A DNA stretch of 64,000 bases from an uncultured Aquificales bacterium (GTDB lineage Bacteria; Thermosulfidibacterota; Thermosulfidibacteria; Thermosulfidibacterales; Thermosulfidibacteraceae): assembly GCA_964453345.1 (NCBI GenBank), contig CAYVOC010000001.1:28468-92467 (forward strand), in the 5' to 3' direction. Below are positions 1 to 10,036 of the stretch, piece after piece. A program made the position numbers and the translations under genes. The notes under the pieces were generated by a model. The model worked only from the letters and a program-made list of their open reading frames with translations. It ran no database searches and had not been told where the DNA came from. Numbering within the stretch: the first letter of the stretch is position 1; every line of letters begins with the position of its first letter.

Positions 1-1
1 C

Positions 2-391
2 GCAAGGGGGATGCTGGGGGGCACCTATCGCGTTGAGAAGACATACAGGGATGTGAACTGGGAGAATTTTGACGCGGTTGTTCTTGTGGGGGGATCCGGG
101 GCGGTTGTCTTCTGGAAGGACGAGACGCTGAAGGGCCTTTTGAGGGAGGCCTACAGGAATGGAAAGATTGTTGCGGCCATCTGCCTTTCCCCGGTTACCC
201 TTGCTCAGGCGGGAATACTTAAGGGGCGGAAGGCCACCTGCTGGCCCTCTGTGGGCAGGATGCTCTCCAAATACGGAGCCATCTACACCGGAAGGGATGT
301 GGTTGTATCTGGCAGGGTGGTGACCGCAGCGGGTCCCTTTGCGGCGAGAAGCTTCGGTAGAGCCATCTGTGAGCTTCTGGGATACAGGTGA
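2..391 (+). CDS. DJ-1/PfpI family protein (probably 5'-truncated by the window edge)
   Basis: AVVLVGGSGA, AAIC nucleophile elbow, GRKATCW and VVTAAGP motifs; reading frame is open to the window edge upstream of the ATG at 11. Confidence 0.85.
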   Translation, partial: ARGMLGGTYRVEKTYRDVNWENFDAVVLVGGSGAVVFWKDETLKGLLREAYRNGKIVAAICLSPVTLAQAGILKGRKATCWPSVGRMLSKYGAIYTGRDVVVSGRVVTAAGPFAARSFGRAICELLGYR

Positions 392-1782
392 TACTGGAAA
401 GGGTGAGGGAGACCATTCGTCGCTTTTCAATGTTCGGCCCCGGGGATAGGGTGGGGGTTGCCGTATCCGGGGGGCCGGATTCCGTCTGTCTGCTTGATCT
501 GCTCTTTAGACTAAGGGACGAGCTGGGTGTGGAGCTTGTCGTCCTTCACTTCAACCACGGGTTGAGGGAGACCGCCTTGAGGGATCAGAGGTTTGTTGAG
601 GAACTTGCCGGATCCTACGGCCTTGAGCTTGTGTTGGGTTCTGACGATGTTCGGAAGTTAGCCGAGGAGAGGGATCTTGGGCTTGAGGATGCGGCGCGAT
701 ACGCCCGATACACCTTCTTTGAGCGGGTTGCAAAGGATAGGGATCTTAAAAGGATAGCCTTAGGGCACACTCTCTCCGACAATGTGGAGACCTTCTTCAT
801 CCGGGTCATAAGGGGGGCTTCCCTTGAGGGGCTGAGGGGCATTCTTCCGGTCAGGGACCTTTACGTAAGGCCCCTTATAGAGGTGTCAAGATCCGAGGTT
901 GTGGAGTATCTGAAGGGAAGGGGGCTGTTGTGGGTTGAGGATGAGACCAACTATCAGGAGAGCTATTTGAGAAACTGGGTGAGGTTGAGGCTGATACCGC
1001 TGCTGTCCGAGAGGAACCCTTCCATAGAGGAGACCGTGGGGGGGATACTCGACTCCCTGCGTATGGACTGGGAGCTGGTGGAGAGGGCTGTTGATGAGGC
1101 TGAGGGGAGAGTTCATTATAGTTATAAAGATGGCGTGCTGGAGATAGAGCTTGATGATTTTAATAGACTGGAGGAACCCTTAAAGAGGCATCTGCTCTCC
1201 CGGCTTTTATACCGGTATTTTTACCCGGGGAGAAGCGGGCTTTTGAGCAGAAACCATTTAGAGGTCCTGGTTGCCATGGCGGGGAACAGCCAGGGAAGCA
1301 AAAGGGTCTGCCTCCCTCAGGGGGTGGAGGCTGTAAGGGAGTATGGTAGGCTCAGGGTGGGCAGGGGAATATGGAGGGAGGATGCCGTTGATGGGGAGGT
1401 TCTTGTAACCTCTGAGGGGGTGTATCCCTTTGATGATTACATCTTTGTGGTTAGAAAGGGGAGCTTTGGAAATCTCGTTTCTGCGGGCAGGTGGTGTGCC
1501 CTTTTTGACCCGGAGGCTGTTAAAATGCCCCTGATTATAAGGTATAGAAGACCGGGGGACAGGCTTTTTATACCTGGTGTGGGGAGGAAGAAGCTGCAGG
1601 ACTTCTTCGTTGATCTGAAGGTGCCGAGGAGCAGAAGGGGAAGGATTCCCCTTGTCCTCAACTCAAGGGGAGAGGTTCTCTGGATAGTGGGATACAGGCA
1701 GCGGGAGGACCTCAGGCCCAGGGGGAAGGAGGCCTTGATGATAGAGGTGAGGAAGGTGAAGGATGAGGGTGCTGATACCTGA
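388..1782 (+). CDS. tilS: tRNA(Ile)-lysidine synthase
   Basis: PP-loop SGGPDS, HFNHGLR, LGHTLSD, DETN, YLRNWVR; C-terminal KKLQDFF..KVP domain; adjacent to hpt. Confidence 0.95.
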   Translation: MILERVRETIRRFSMFGPGDRVGVAVSGGPDSVCLLDLLFRLRDELGVELVVLHFNHGLRETALRDQRFVEELAGSYGLELVLGSDDVRKLAEERDLGLEDAARYARYTFFERVAKDRDLKRIALGHTLSDNVETFFIRVIRGASLEGLRGILPVRDLYVRPLIEVSRSEVVEYLKGRGLLWVEDETNYQESYLRNWVRLRLIPLLSERNPSIEETVGGILDSLRMDWELVERAVDEAEGRVHYSYKDGVLEIELDDFNRLEEPLKRHLLSRLLYRYFYPGRSGLLSRNHLEVLVAMAGNSQGSKRVCLPQGVEAVREYGRLRVGRGIWREDAVDGEVLVTSEGVYPFDDYIFVVRKGSFGNLVSAGRWCALFDPEAVKMPLIIRYRRPGDRLFIPGVGRKKLQDFFVDLKVPRSRRGRIPLVLNSRGEVLWIVGYRQREDLRPRGKEALMIEVRKVKDEGADT

Positions 1783-2272
1783 GGAGAAGATAACAGAGAG
1801 GGTGAACGAGCTTGCCAGAAGTATCTCGGCGGATTACGCCGGCGGGAGCATGCTTGCCCTTGTGGTGCTCAAAGGGGCCTTCGTCTTTGCGGCGGATCTT
1901 CTGAGGCGTGTGGAGGGGGTCAAAATTTACTGCGATTTCATAAAGGCGTCTTCCTACGGCTACTCGAAGGAGTCATCAGGGGTGGTGAATATTGAGCTTG
2001 TTCCCAAGCTTTCCATGGAGGGGGAGAGGGTTCTCATCGTGGACGATATAGTGGACACGGGCTACACCATATCCAAGATCAAGGAGTGGGTTCTATCAAG
2101 GGGAGCCGCCTCCTGCAGGGTCTGTGTTTTGCTGGATAAGCCCTCCAGAAGAAGGGTCCCCTTCCAGGCGGATTATGTGGGCTTCACCATACCGGACGAG
2201 TTCGTTGTGGGGTATGGAATGGACTGTGCCGAGGAATACAGGACCCTGCCCTATGTTGCGGTGGTGGATTGA
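1763..2272 (+). CDS. hpt: hypoxanthine phosphoribosyltransferase
   Basis: VLKGAFVFAADL, PRPP motif VLIVDDIVDTGYT, FVVGYGMD. Confidence 0.95.
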   Translation: MRVLIPEEKITERVNELARSISADYAGGSMLALVVLKGAFVFAADLLRRVEGVKIYCDFIKASSYGYSKESSGVVNIELVPKLSMEGERVLIVDDIVDTGYTISKIKEWVLSRGAASCRVCVLLDKPSRRRVPFQADYVGFTIPDEFVVGYGMDCAEEYRTLPYVAVVD

Positions 2273-4887
2273 TCCCTTTGCAGGGTTAGCTCGGAGATCA
2301 GCCTCTTTGCCAGCTCAAGCTCCTCCTCCTTGGTTCTCACCTCGCCCCTTATCTTTGCCTCAAGCACCCTGTTGAGTATTTTGCCGAATATGGGGCCGGG
2401 GGTGAGTCCTAAGGCCATGAGATCCCTGCCCCCTATCTCCGTCTTTATGTCCATCCACTCCATCAGGTATCTTCCTATCTTCTGCTGGTTCTCCTCGCTG
2501 GCGAGGGCCATAAAGTATAAGACCGCCTCCAGGGGGTAGGGGATAAGCAGCTTGTAGATCTGGGCGGGATCCTCCGTTTGCGAGAGCCTCGCTATGGTTG
2601 TATGGGCCTTCTCTATGCCCGCCGTTATGGTCTCCTTCTCCTTCTTGCTCACCCCAAACCACCTCAGCAGCTCTTTCAGCTCCTCCTTCGGCAGCTTCCT
2701 CACCAGTATCATCAGATTGGTCATCCAGGTTTCGGGCTGTTGCCTTTTGAAGAGCAGCTCATACCAGTTGAATATCTCCTGGGCCTTTTCGAAGAGTTCT
2801 CTGGTCTCCTCGTCCGCCTTCAGCTTGGGGTTGACGAACTTGAGGATCCCGAGATCCTCCATTCTCTTTACCATCAAAAAGGCGTTCTTTTCAGACAGCA
2901 TGTGTTTCAGCTCGTTGAAGACCCTTTTTCCGGAGAGCTTTTCAAATATCCCTTCCTTCACGGCGAGCTTTATGAGCCTTTCGGTGTGGGGGCCTATCCT
3001 GAAGCCGTATCGCTGTTCAAACCTTATGGCCCTGAAGGCCCTGGTGGGATCCTCCACGAAGCTGAGGTTGTGGATTACCCTTATAACCTTCTCCTTCAGG
3101 TCCCTCAGCCCACCGTAGTAGTCTATCAGGGTGTAGGCGTCGTCTCCGGTTATCTTTATGGCCATGGCGTTTATGGTGAAGTCCCTCCGGTATAGATCCC
3201 TCTTTATGGATCCCCTGGCCACCTCGGGCAGGGCGGCGGGTTCCCTGTAGTATTCAAATCGTGCGGTTGTCACATCAACCCTGGTCCCGTCGGGCAGTAT
3301 CACCACGGCGGTTTCAAACTTTCTGTGGATGCTCGCCCTGCCCCCAAGTTCTTTGGCAAGCTCCTCGGCGAGCCTCGGCCCATCCCCTTCCACCACAAAG
3401 TCCAGATCAAAGTTTTCCACCCTCAGAAGCAGGTCCCTTACGAACCCTCCCACTATGTATACGTTGTATCCCAGCCTCTCTCCGATCTGTCTTGCCTTCT
3501 CTATTATCTCCATCAAGAATCGCGGTATGCGGTCCCTCATGAGGGACTTGAGGTTCTTTTTGTAGAGGTGTTCCCCTCTGCTTATGGTGGTTTTCAGCAT
3601 GTCCTGGTAGAGGGCCTTGAAGAGTTCTCCCCTCGTGACCACTCCAACAACCCTGCCCTCCCGGTTGAGTATGGGGATGAGCCTCTGGTTCTTCAGAAGG
3701 GCTATCCTTTCAAGCTCCGTTATGGGGGTGTCCTCATAGGCCACCTCTATATCGGAGTTCATGTAGTCGCCAACAAGCCCCTCCTCGAGGTGGTGGTATA
3801 GCGCCCTTTCCACCGTCTGGCGGGTTATGATGCCCACCAGCTCGTCGCCGTCCAGAACGGGCATTGCGTTTATGTTGTATTTCACCAGCAGGTCTTCCGC
3901 TTCCTTCAGGGTTTTTGTGGCCTGTATGGTTATTGCGGGCTGGGTCATGATGTTCTTTGCGGTCTGGGTTTTGCCCAGATCTAACTTGATCCTCTCAAGG
4001 AGCCTCTCCTTTGCCTGTATGAGGGTGAGATCCCTGACCGTGGCGCTTCCTGCGGTGGCGTGTCCCCCCCCTCCGAAATCGCTCAGTATGTTTCCCACAT
4101 GCACGGCCTCTGTTCTGCTTCTGCCGATGATCGTTATCTTGTTGTCCATTCTGGCAAGAACGAATAGAACGCTCAGGGCCTCCATGTCCCTCAGCTTGTG
4201 GGCGAGAACAGCCAGATCTCCCACGTATTTGTCCCTTGAGATGCTGGTTATGCCTATCTCCACCCCGGCTATCTTTACCCTCTCAAGGTTGTTTATCATC
4301 TCGTTCAGCACATCTATCTGTTCCGAGGTAAGCTCCCTCTTCAGGTAGTCGGATACTATGTTGAGGTTTGCACCGAGTCCGAGCAGGTATGCGGCCGCCT
4401 CCATGTCCCTTGTGGTTGTGGAGTTGAAGGTGAAGGATCCCGTATCCTCGTGTATGCCGAGCAGAAATATGGTGGCCTCCTGGGGCGTTATGGGTATCTC
4501 CTTCTTCCTCAGTATCTCAACCAGTATTGTGGTGCAGGCGCCTGTCTCCTCTATGACCTCAAGATCTCCGGATATATCCTTTCCGTGGGCGGGATGGTGG
4601 TCGTATATGTGGATCTTTGGCCTTGAGTGCTGGAGGATCTTTTCCACTAAACGGTTCCTGTCCCTCCTTTTGAAGTCCACCAAGATCAGCAGCTCCACCT
4701 CTTCGGGCTTCACGCTGGATGGCCTGGTGAAGGCCGTTTCAAGCTCGGCCTCCTTTATCAGATCCCTGACGTTCTTCTCCATGGACTGGGGCAGAACCAT
4801 CAGAGCATCCGGGTATAGCTTTTTGGCGGCGATCATTGAGGCTATGGCGTCCATGTCTGCGGTCTCGTGGCAGAGGATCAGCTTCAT
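2251..4887 (-). CDS. DHH/DHHA1 + 2xCBS + tRNA nucleotidyltransferase (CCA/A-adding type)
   Basis: IYDHHP, HEDTGSF, GGGGHATAGSA, CBS pair, VGGFVRDLL..DLD, RRDFTINAMA, EDPTRAFRAIRF; ATG at 4887 overlaps the upstream stop (ATGA). Confidence 0.9.
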   Translation of the reverse strand: MKLILCHETADMDAIASMIAAKKLYPDALMVLPQSMEKNVRDLIKEAELETAFTRPSSVKPEEVELLILVDFKRRDRNRLVEKILQHSRPKIHIYDHHPAHGKDISGDLEVIEETGACTTILVEILRKKEIPITPQEATIFLLGIHEDTGSFTFNSTTTRDMEAAAYLLGLGANLNIVSDYLKRELTSEQIDVLNEMINNLERVKIAGVEIGITSISRDKYVGDLAVLAHKLRDMEALSVLFVLARMDNKITIIGRSRTEAVHVGNILSDFGGGGHATAGSATVRDLTLIQAKERLLERIKLDLGKTQTAKNIMTQPAITIQATKTLKEAEDLLVKYNINAMPVLDGDELVGIITRQTVERALYHHLEEGLVGDYMNSDIEVAYEDTPITELERIALLKNQRLIPILNREGRVVGVVTRGELFKALYQDMLKTTISRGEHLYKKNLKSLMRDRIPRFLMEIIEKARQIGERLGYNVYIVGGFVRDLLLRVENFDLDFVVEGDGPRLAEELAKELGGRASIHRKFETAVVILPDGTRVDVTTARFEYYREPAALPEVARGSIKRDLYRRDFTINAMAIKITGDDAYTLIDYYGGLRDLKEKVIRVIHNLSFVEDPTRAFRAIRFEQRYGFRIGPHTERLIKLAVKEGIFEKLSGKRVFNELKHMLSEKNAFLMVKRMEDLGILKFVNPKLKADEETRELFEKAQEIFNWYELLFKRQQPETWMTNLMILVRKLPKEELKELLRWFGVSKKEKETITAGIEKAHTTIARLSQTEDPAQIYKLLIPYPLEAVLYFMALASEENQQKIGRYLMEWMDIKTEIGGRDLMALGLTPGPIFGKILNRVLEAKIRGEVRTKEEELELAKRLISELTLQRDQSTTAT

Positions 4888-6773
4888 TCTTCCTCTTCCA
4901 GAAGCTCCCTGAGAAGCTCGGATTCGCTGAAGGGCTTGAGGAGTATTTTGCAACCGCTTGACCTGATGGCTATCCTCTCGTCGGCCTTCAGCGGAACCGA
5001 TACGAGGGCTATGCAGCGGTTTCTGAAGTAGGGGTATAGCTCCATAATTTCGCTGACCAGCTTTGGAAGCGGTATATCTTCTGTGGTTTCGTTTATGATG
5101 ATCCTGCTGAAGGGTCCCTGCTTTTCCAGCAGTTTAAAGATCTCCTCTTTGTCCTTTGCGATTGCGGTTTCTGCCCCGCTTCTTTCCAAGAGCATGGCGA
5201 GCATCTCTGAAACCACAGGTTCCTGGGAGACTATGAGGATCCTTTCGCCTGTGAGCTGCAGCCTTTTCATCATTCTTTCGGATCTGGGGGTGTGGGCGGG
5301 AATCTGTATGGTGAATCTGACCCCTGTTGGCTCAAGGTTTTCCACAATTATCCGGCCGCCTATCTGCTCAATCGCCTCCTTTGCCAAGGACAGCCCCACT
5401 CCCGTGCCCTCTCCCTTGGGCTTTGTGGAGAAGAAGGGTTCGAAGATCTTCTCCATTATCTCCGGCGGGATGGAGGGGCCGTTGTTCTCTATGTCTATGT
5501 TTATGTATTCGCCGTCGGAAGAGGTTCTTATCCTTATGAGCCTGTCCCTCTCCCTTTTGAGGACGGCGTCCTCTGCGTTGTTCACTATGTTGTTCACCGC
5601 CTCATACACCGCCGAGGGGATGGTGTATATGCTGGGTATGTCCGGGTCCAGCTCCAGCTGCAGTTTGATGCTGTGCATCTTGTAGAAGGAAAGCTTCAGC
5701 TCCGTTATGCCGGTTATCACCTGGTTTATGTCCGTTATGGTGTAGTCGGGGAAGGCGTTGGGGGCCAAAGCGTATAGCCCCTTTATTATCGAGGCGCAGC
5801 GGTTGGCCTCCTGATGGATCTTTTTCAGAAGCGCCTTTTTGGTCTTGTCTTTCTCCATATCCAGCAGAATGCCTGCGAAGCCTATGATGGCCGTCAGCGG
5901 GTTGTTTATCTCGTGGGCCAAGCCCGCCGTGATCCTCTCCATGTTCTTGGCCCTGTCCGCCTGTATGAGCTGCATGTGGTAGCGAACGTGCTTGCTTATC
6001 TCCCTTGCTATGTAAATGTAGATGGTTCCGGCGCCTTCGGTCTTCATCCTGTATACGTTGAGGCTGTATATGAGTCCGGCCCTGCTCTCTATGGCGCTTG
6101 CCCTGCCTGTGGCCGCCGCCTTTCTGGTCAGGGCGCACACGTTTGGGAAGTATTCGTATTCCGCCGCCACCTCCTGGCAGCTTTTGCCTATGAGATCGAC
6201 TAAGGGGACGCCGAACATGGCCTCCGCTGCAGGGTTGGCGTCGAGAATGATGTCGTTTTCATCTATCACCCATATTGCCTCATCGACTAAGTTGAGGATG
6301 TCGGCCACAATGGAGGGGTTGCTTATTATGCGCTTTCTTATGATGATCACAGAGAATATCTCGCCGAGCAGCTTCACAAGCGTTTTTGCGTGTTTGGGTT
6401 TGCTGTCGCCCCTGCAGGCTATGAAGAGCGATCCGAAGCACCTTTTGCCCCTGGTTAAAAGGGGATATCCGTGCAGGGTTATGGGGAAGGAGGCGTCGGT
6501 GATCTTGAAGGAGACGGGCCTGTTTTCGGATATTATCTTCCAGTGCATCTGCTCCATGGCCTCTTCTGCATGCAGGCGCTCGCATATTTCGGGTTCCGCG
6601 CAGCAGCAGGAGTGCTTTATCAGCTGTATCTTGCCCGGCGCCTCCATGTAGAGGAGACAGACCCCTAAGAAGTTTTCATCCTCAAACCTTGAGCATATCT
6701 CCTTCAGGACCTCCTCCTCGCTCTGGGCCTTGGCCAGCTTTGCCTTAAGCCTGTCAATTACCCTTTGTTCCAT
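4884..6773 (-). CDS. PAS-containing hybrid histidine kinase with degenerate receiver domain
   Basis: PAS (ANPAAEAMFG), H-box LAHEINNPL, N/G boxes NNAEDA, NNGPSI, FFSTKPKGEGTGVGL; C-terminal REC-like segment ending LLKPF. Confidence 0.85.
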   Translation of the reverse strand: MEQRVIDRLKAKLAKAQSEEEVLKEICSRFEDENFLGVCLLYMEAPGKIQLIKHSCCCAEPEICERLHAEEAMEQMHWKIISENRPVSFKITDASFPITLHGYPLLTRGKRCFGSLFIACRGDSKPKHAKTLVKLLGEIFSVIIIRKRIISNPSIVADILNLVDEAIWVIDENDIILDANPAAEAMFGVPLVDLIGKSCQEVAAEYEYFPNVCALTRKAAATGRASAIESRAGLIYSLNVYRMKTEGAGTIYIYIAREISKHVRYHMQLIQADRAKNMERITAGLAHEINNPLTAIIGFAGILLDMEKDKTKKALLKKIHQEANRCASIIKGLYALAPNAFPDYTITDINQVITGITELKLSFYKMHSIKLQLELDPDIPSIYTIPSAVYEAVNNIVNNAEDAVLKRERDRLIRIRTSSDGEYINIDIENNGPSIPPEIMEKIFEPFFSTKPKGEGTGVGLSLAKEAIEQIGGRIIVENLEPTGVRFTIQIPAHTPRSERMMKRLQLTGERILIVSQEPVVSEMLAMLLERSGAETAIAKDKEEIFKLLEKQGPFSRIIINETTEDIPLPKLVSEIMELYPYFRNRCIALVSVPLKADERIAIRSSGCKILLKPFSESELLRELLEEEE

Positions 6774-7230
6774 AGATTCTCTCCAGGTAGGCTACGATTC
6801 TTCTTGTGGATCGGCTGAGCCTCTGGCCGGCGTAGTAGGAGAGTCCGCCGGATAAAAGAAAACAGAAGGCGGAGAAGATGAGGAGCTTCAGCAGGGTGTG
6901 GGGCGGCTTCCATCCCTTGTGCATGGCCAGGAAGGACCAGCTGTAAACGATGATTCCGGCCACCACGGACGCCATGGATGCGCTGATGATCCTTGAGAGG
7001 GCCTTGGTGTCGGGAAGCAGCCTCTCCATGGTCTCCATGCGGCTCTTGTATTCCTCTGTTCCTATCCTGAGCTGTCTTCTCTCATCCTGCCACATGAGCA
7101 TGAGATCTCTAACCCTCTGATAGAACTTCTTTTCCACCTGAACGCACATGAATATCATCATGCTGGAGATGAGTCCCAGAAAGCCTATGCTCAAAAGCGC
7201 CCATATGAGTCCTCTTATCTGTTCAGCCAT
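6754..7230 (-). CDS. hypothetical membrane protein (about 3 TM segments)
   Basis: three hydrophobic segments; fills the gap in an overlapping minus-strand operon. Confidence 0.6.
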   Translation of the reverse strand: MAEQIRGLIWALLSIGFLGLISSMMIFMCVQVEKKFYQRVRDLMLMWQDERRQLRIGTEEYKSRMETMERLLPDTKALSRIISASMASVVAGIIVYSWSFLAMHKGWKPPHTLLKLLIFSAFCFLLSGGLSYYAGQRLSRSTRRIVAYLERIYGTKGN

Positions 7231-8339
7231 TTCTCAAGCCTTTCCACGCCGAGTTTGATTTTCTCTATGGAGGTGGCGTAGGAGAAGCGGACGTATCTTT
7301 CGGTCAGGTTTTCTCCGAAGTCCCTTCCCGGGGTTATGGCCACCTTCGCCTCCTCAAGGGCCTTCATGGCGAATTCAAAGCTGTCGTGGGTGAACCTGTC
7401 AACCCTGGCGAAGATGTAGAAGGCCCCTTGGGGTGTGTGGGATATGCCGAAGCCGAGCCTTTTCAGGCTGGGGATGAGGTAGTCCCGCCTCCTTTTGTAT
7501 TCTTCAACGTAGGATCTGTAGATCTCAAGGACCTCCGGCCTGAAACATTCAACGGCTGCATACTGCAGGGGAGTGGGGGCGCATATGAACAGGTTCTGGG
7601 CTATGCACTGGAAAAGCCTTACTTTGTCCTCGGGAACGATCACCCATCCCAAACGCCACCCGGTTGCGGCGAAGAACTTGGAGAAGCCGTTGGCCACGAT
7701 GGCTCTGTCGCATATCTCCAGTATCGTTGCCGATCCCTCGGCGTATTCTATCCCCTGGTATATCTCGTCGCAGACTATGCCCATCCCCTCCGATAGCGCC
7801 CTTTCAGCTATCTTCTCGAGCTCCTCGCGCTGCAGGAGGGTTCCCGTGGGGTTGCTGGGGGTGTTGATGACCAGCACTCCCTTGCCCCTGAGGCTGTCGG
7901 GTTCTATCTTGAAGCCGTTTTCCTCAAATACGGGTATGGGAGCCTCATCAAGCTCCAGAAACCTCGCCATGTTCTTGTAGCACGGGTATCCAGGGTCCGT
8001 GTAGATGACCCTTTTGCCGTGCTCCTCTGCGAGCATCTTTATGGCGGCCATGAGCGCCGGTGAGCTTCCGGGGGTGATAAAGATCCTTTCGGGGTTCACA
8101 TCCACTCCGTATCTTTCCCAGTAGTAGGCTGCAATGGCCTCCCTCAGCTCCCATACGCCAAAGCTCGGGGAGTAGCTGTTGAGGTTGTCCCTTATGGCCC
8201 TGCGCGCCGCCTCCTTTACCGGCTCTGGTATGGGAAAGTCCGGCTCCCCCACCTCCATGTGGACGATCTCTTCCCCTGCTCTCTCCATCTCCATGGCCCT
8301 TTCAAGCACGTCCATCACTATAAAGGAGGTGAGCTTCAT
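7215..8339 (-). CDS. PLP-dependent aminotransferase class I/II
   Basis: GEPDF, NTPSNPTG, DEIY, GFSKFFAATGWRLGW, VRFSYA. Confidence 0.92.
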   Translation of the reverse strand: MKLTSFIVMDVLERAMEMERAGEEIVHMEVGEPDFPIPEPVKEAARRAIRDNLNSYSPSFGVWELREAIAAYYWERYGVDVNPERIFITPGSSPALMAAIKMLAEEHGKRVIYTDPGYPCYKNMARFLELDEAPIPVFEENGFKIEPDSLRGKGVLVINTPSNPTGTLLQREELEKIAERALSEGMGIVCDEIYQGIEYAEGSATILEICDRAIVANGFSKFFAATGWRLGWVIVPEDKVRLFQCIAQNLFICAPTPLQYAAVECFRPEVLEIYRSYVEEYKRRRDYLIPSLKRLGFGISHTPQGAFYIFARVDRFTHDSFEFAMKALEEAKVAITPGRDFGENLTERYVRFSYATSIEKIKLGVERLEKWLNR

Positions 8340-10036
8340 TTAGACTCCTCCCTTCTGACCTTGAGGGTTCTCATCCTGTTTAAAGAAGAGCTTACCTCAA
8401 AGCTTCTGGCATAGGCAAGCCCGAAGGCGTATCTGTTGAACATGGCGTCAAATCCCTGTTCCCTCACGAGCCTGTCTATGGCTTCTATCTCTTTCCTGAT
8501 GGCGCCGGGTCGCCTCTTCTGGGCCAGGTATTTGAGGGCTTCTGCTATGAACCTGAGCTGGCTGTCGTCCACAAGCTGCTCCACAAAGGAGACATCTATG
8601 GTTTCGGTTCCGAACTGTATCTCCTTCAGCCCCTTAGACTTGACCTTGTGGCTCTTTTTCACGGTGAAGGTTTCCGGAAGAATCACCCTTGATATGTCTG
8701 CATCTATGGGGTCCCTTGCCTCCTCAATCCTTCCCGAAGGCATCTCTTCAGCTATCTCTTTTGCCCTCTGGGTGTAGTCCCTGGGGATGTAGCTGTCCAT
8801 GCAGATTACGGTGTCCGCCACGTCCAAGTAGTCGCCTGCTCCTCCCACCACCATGATGGTGGAGATGCCGAGCCTTTCATACAGCTCCCTTACCCTGTCT
8901 ATGAAGGGGGTTATGGGTTCCTTCTCCTTTACGATCAGCTTCTGCATGCGGGCGTCCCTGATGAGGAAGTTCGTGGCCGTGGTGTCCTCGTCTATCAGAA
9001 GGACCCTTGCCCCCATCTCTATGGCCTCCATTATGGCGGCTGCAACCGAGGTTGATCCCGAGGCGTTCTCCGTGGAGAAGAAGGTGGTGTCGATCCCCAA
9101 GGGCAGGTTCTTTATGAAGCAGGATATGTTGACCCCGGCCACATACCTTCCGTCCTCGCTTCTCACCTTCACCGCGGCGGGATGGGTCACCACGAATTCC
9201 CTGCCGTCCCCGGGTATGTGGGGGTATATGCCCTGCTCAATGGCGTTCAGGAGGGTGCTTTTGCCGTGGAAGCCTCCACCCACAATCAGGGTGACCCCCT
9301 GTGGTATTCCCATTCCCGTGATCTCCCCGTGATGGAGGGTCTTGAAGCTGATCTTTAAGGTTTCCGGACTCTTGAAGGGGATGGCCTTGGGGAGGGGGGT
9401 GTCCTCGACCCCGGATCTTCTGGGCAGAATACTTCCGTCGGCTATGAAGGCGACTATGCCCTTTTCGGTAAGCTGGGACCTTATGTGTTCTGCATCCTCG
9501 ACGGTGTTGATGAAGTCCAGGGCCTCCCTCTGATTGAACAGCTCCCATCTTATGCGGGATGTTGCCTCCGGAACCTCCCTACAGAGCATGTCCGCCGCCA
9601 CATGCCCTAAGATGCTTCTTCCCCTTGCCGGAAGACCGGCGCAAAAGCGTATGATGAGGTGATCCTCCCTGATCTGGCAGTCGGACCGCAGAAGGACCTT
9701 TTGCCTTCCCGCATCCACAAAATACAGCCCGCTTTTCCCCGTGCCCCTGGGCCTTGAGAAGCGGCGTATGCTTTTCTCAAATACCCGGAGGGTGTAGTCC
9801 TGAAGGGCGATTCTCCTCACCGGGTCCCTGTATAGATCCTCCGGGAAGCCCACCACCTCGAGGGGGATCCTCAGCTGCATCCTGCTGGGCGAGGCGAAGG
9901 GATCCCCCTGCACATGGACAACATCCAGCCATACGCCCTGTCCCATCTGGTAGGATCCGGAAATTTCTTTAAGGGCCTTGTAGCCCCTGCCCTCAAGTCT
10001 TCTGAGCTTTGCTTCAAGCTGAGACAGACTCCTCAT
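8336..10036 (-). CDS. ABC-class ATPase domain protein (COG3044-like, no TM partner)
   Basis: HVQGDPFASPS N-domain, Walker A GGGFHGKST, ASGSTS, Walker B LLIDEDT. Confidence 0.85.
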   Translation of the reverse strand: MRSLSQLEAKLRRLEGRGYKALKEISGSYQMGQGVWLDVVHVQGDPFASPSRMQLRIPLEVVGFPEDLYRDPVRRIALQDYTLRVFEKSIRRFSRPRGTGKSGLYFVDAGRQKVLLRSDCQIREDHLIIRFCAGLPARGRSILGHVAADMLCREVPEATSRIRWELFNQREALDFINTVEDAEHIRSQLTEKGIVAFIADGSILPRRSGVEDTPLPKAIPFKSPETLKISFKTLHHGEITGMGIPQGVTLIVGGGFHGKSTLLNAIEQGIYPHIPGDGREFVVTHPAAVKVRSEDGRYVAGVNISCFIKNLPLGIDTTFFSTENASGSTSVAAAIMEAIEMGARVLLIDEDTTATNFLIRDARMQKLIVKEKEPITPFIDRVRELYERLGISTIMVVGGAGDYLDVADTVICMDSYIPRDYTQRAKEIAEEMPSGRIEEARDPIDADISRVILPETFTVKKSHKVKSKGLKEIQFGTETIDVSFVEQLVDDSQLRFIAEALKYLAQKRRPGAIRKEIEAIDRLVREQGFDAMFNRYAFGLAYARSFEVSSSLNRMRTLKVRREESK

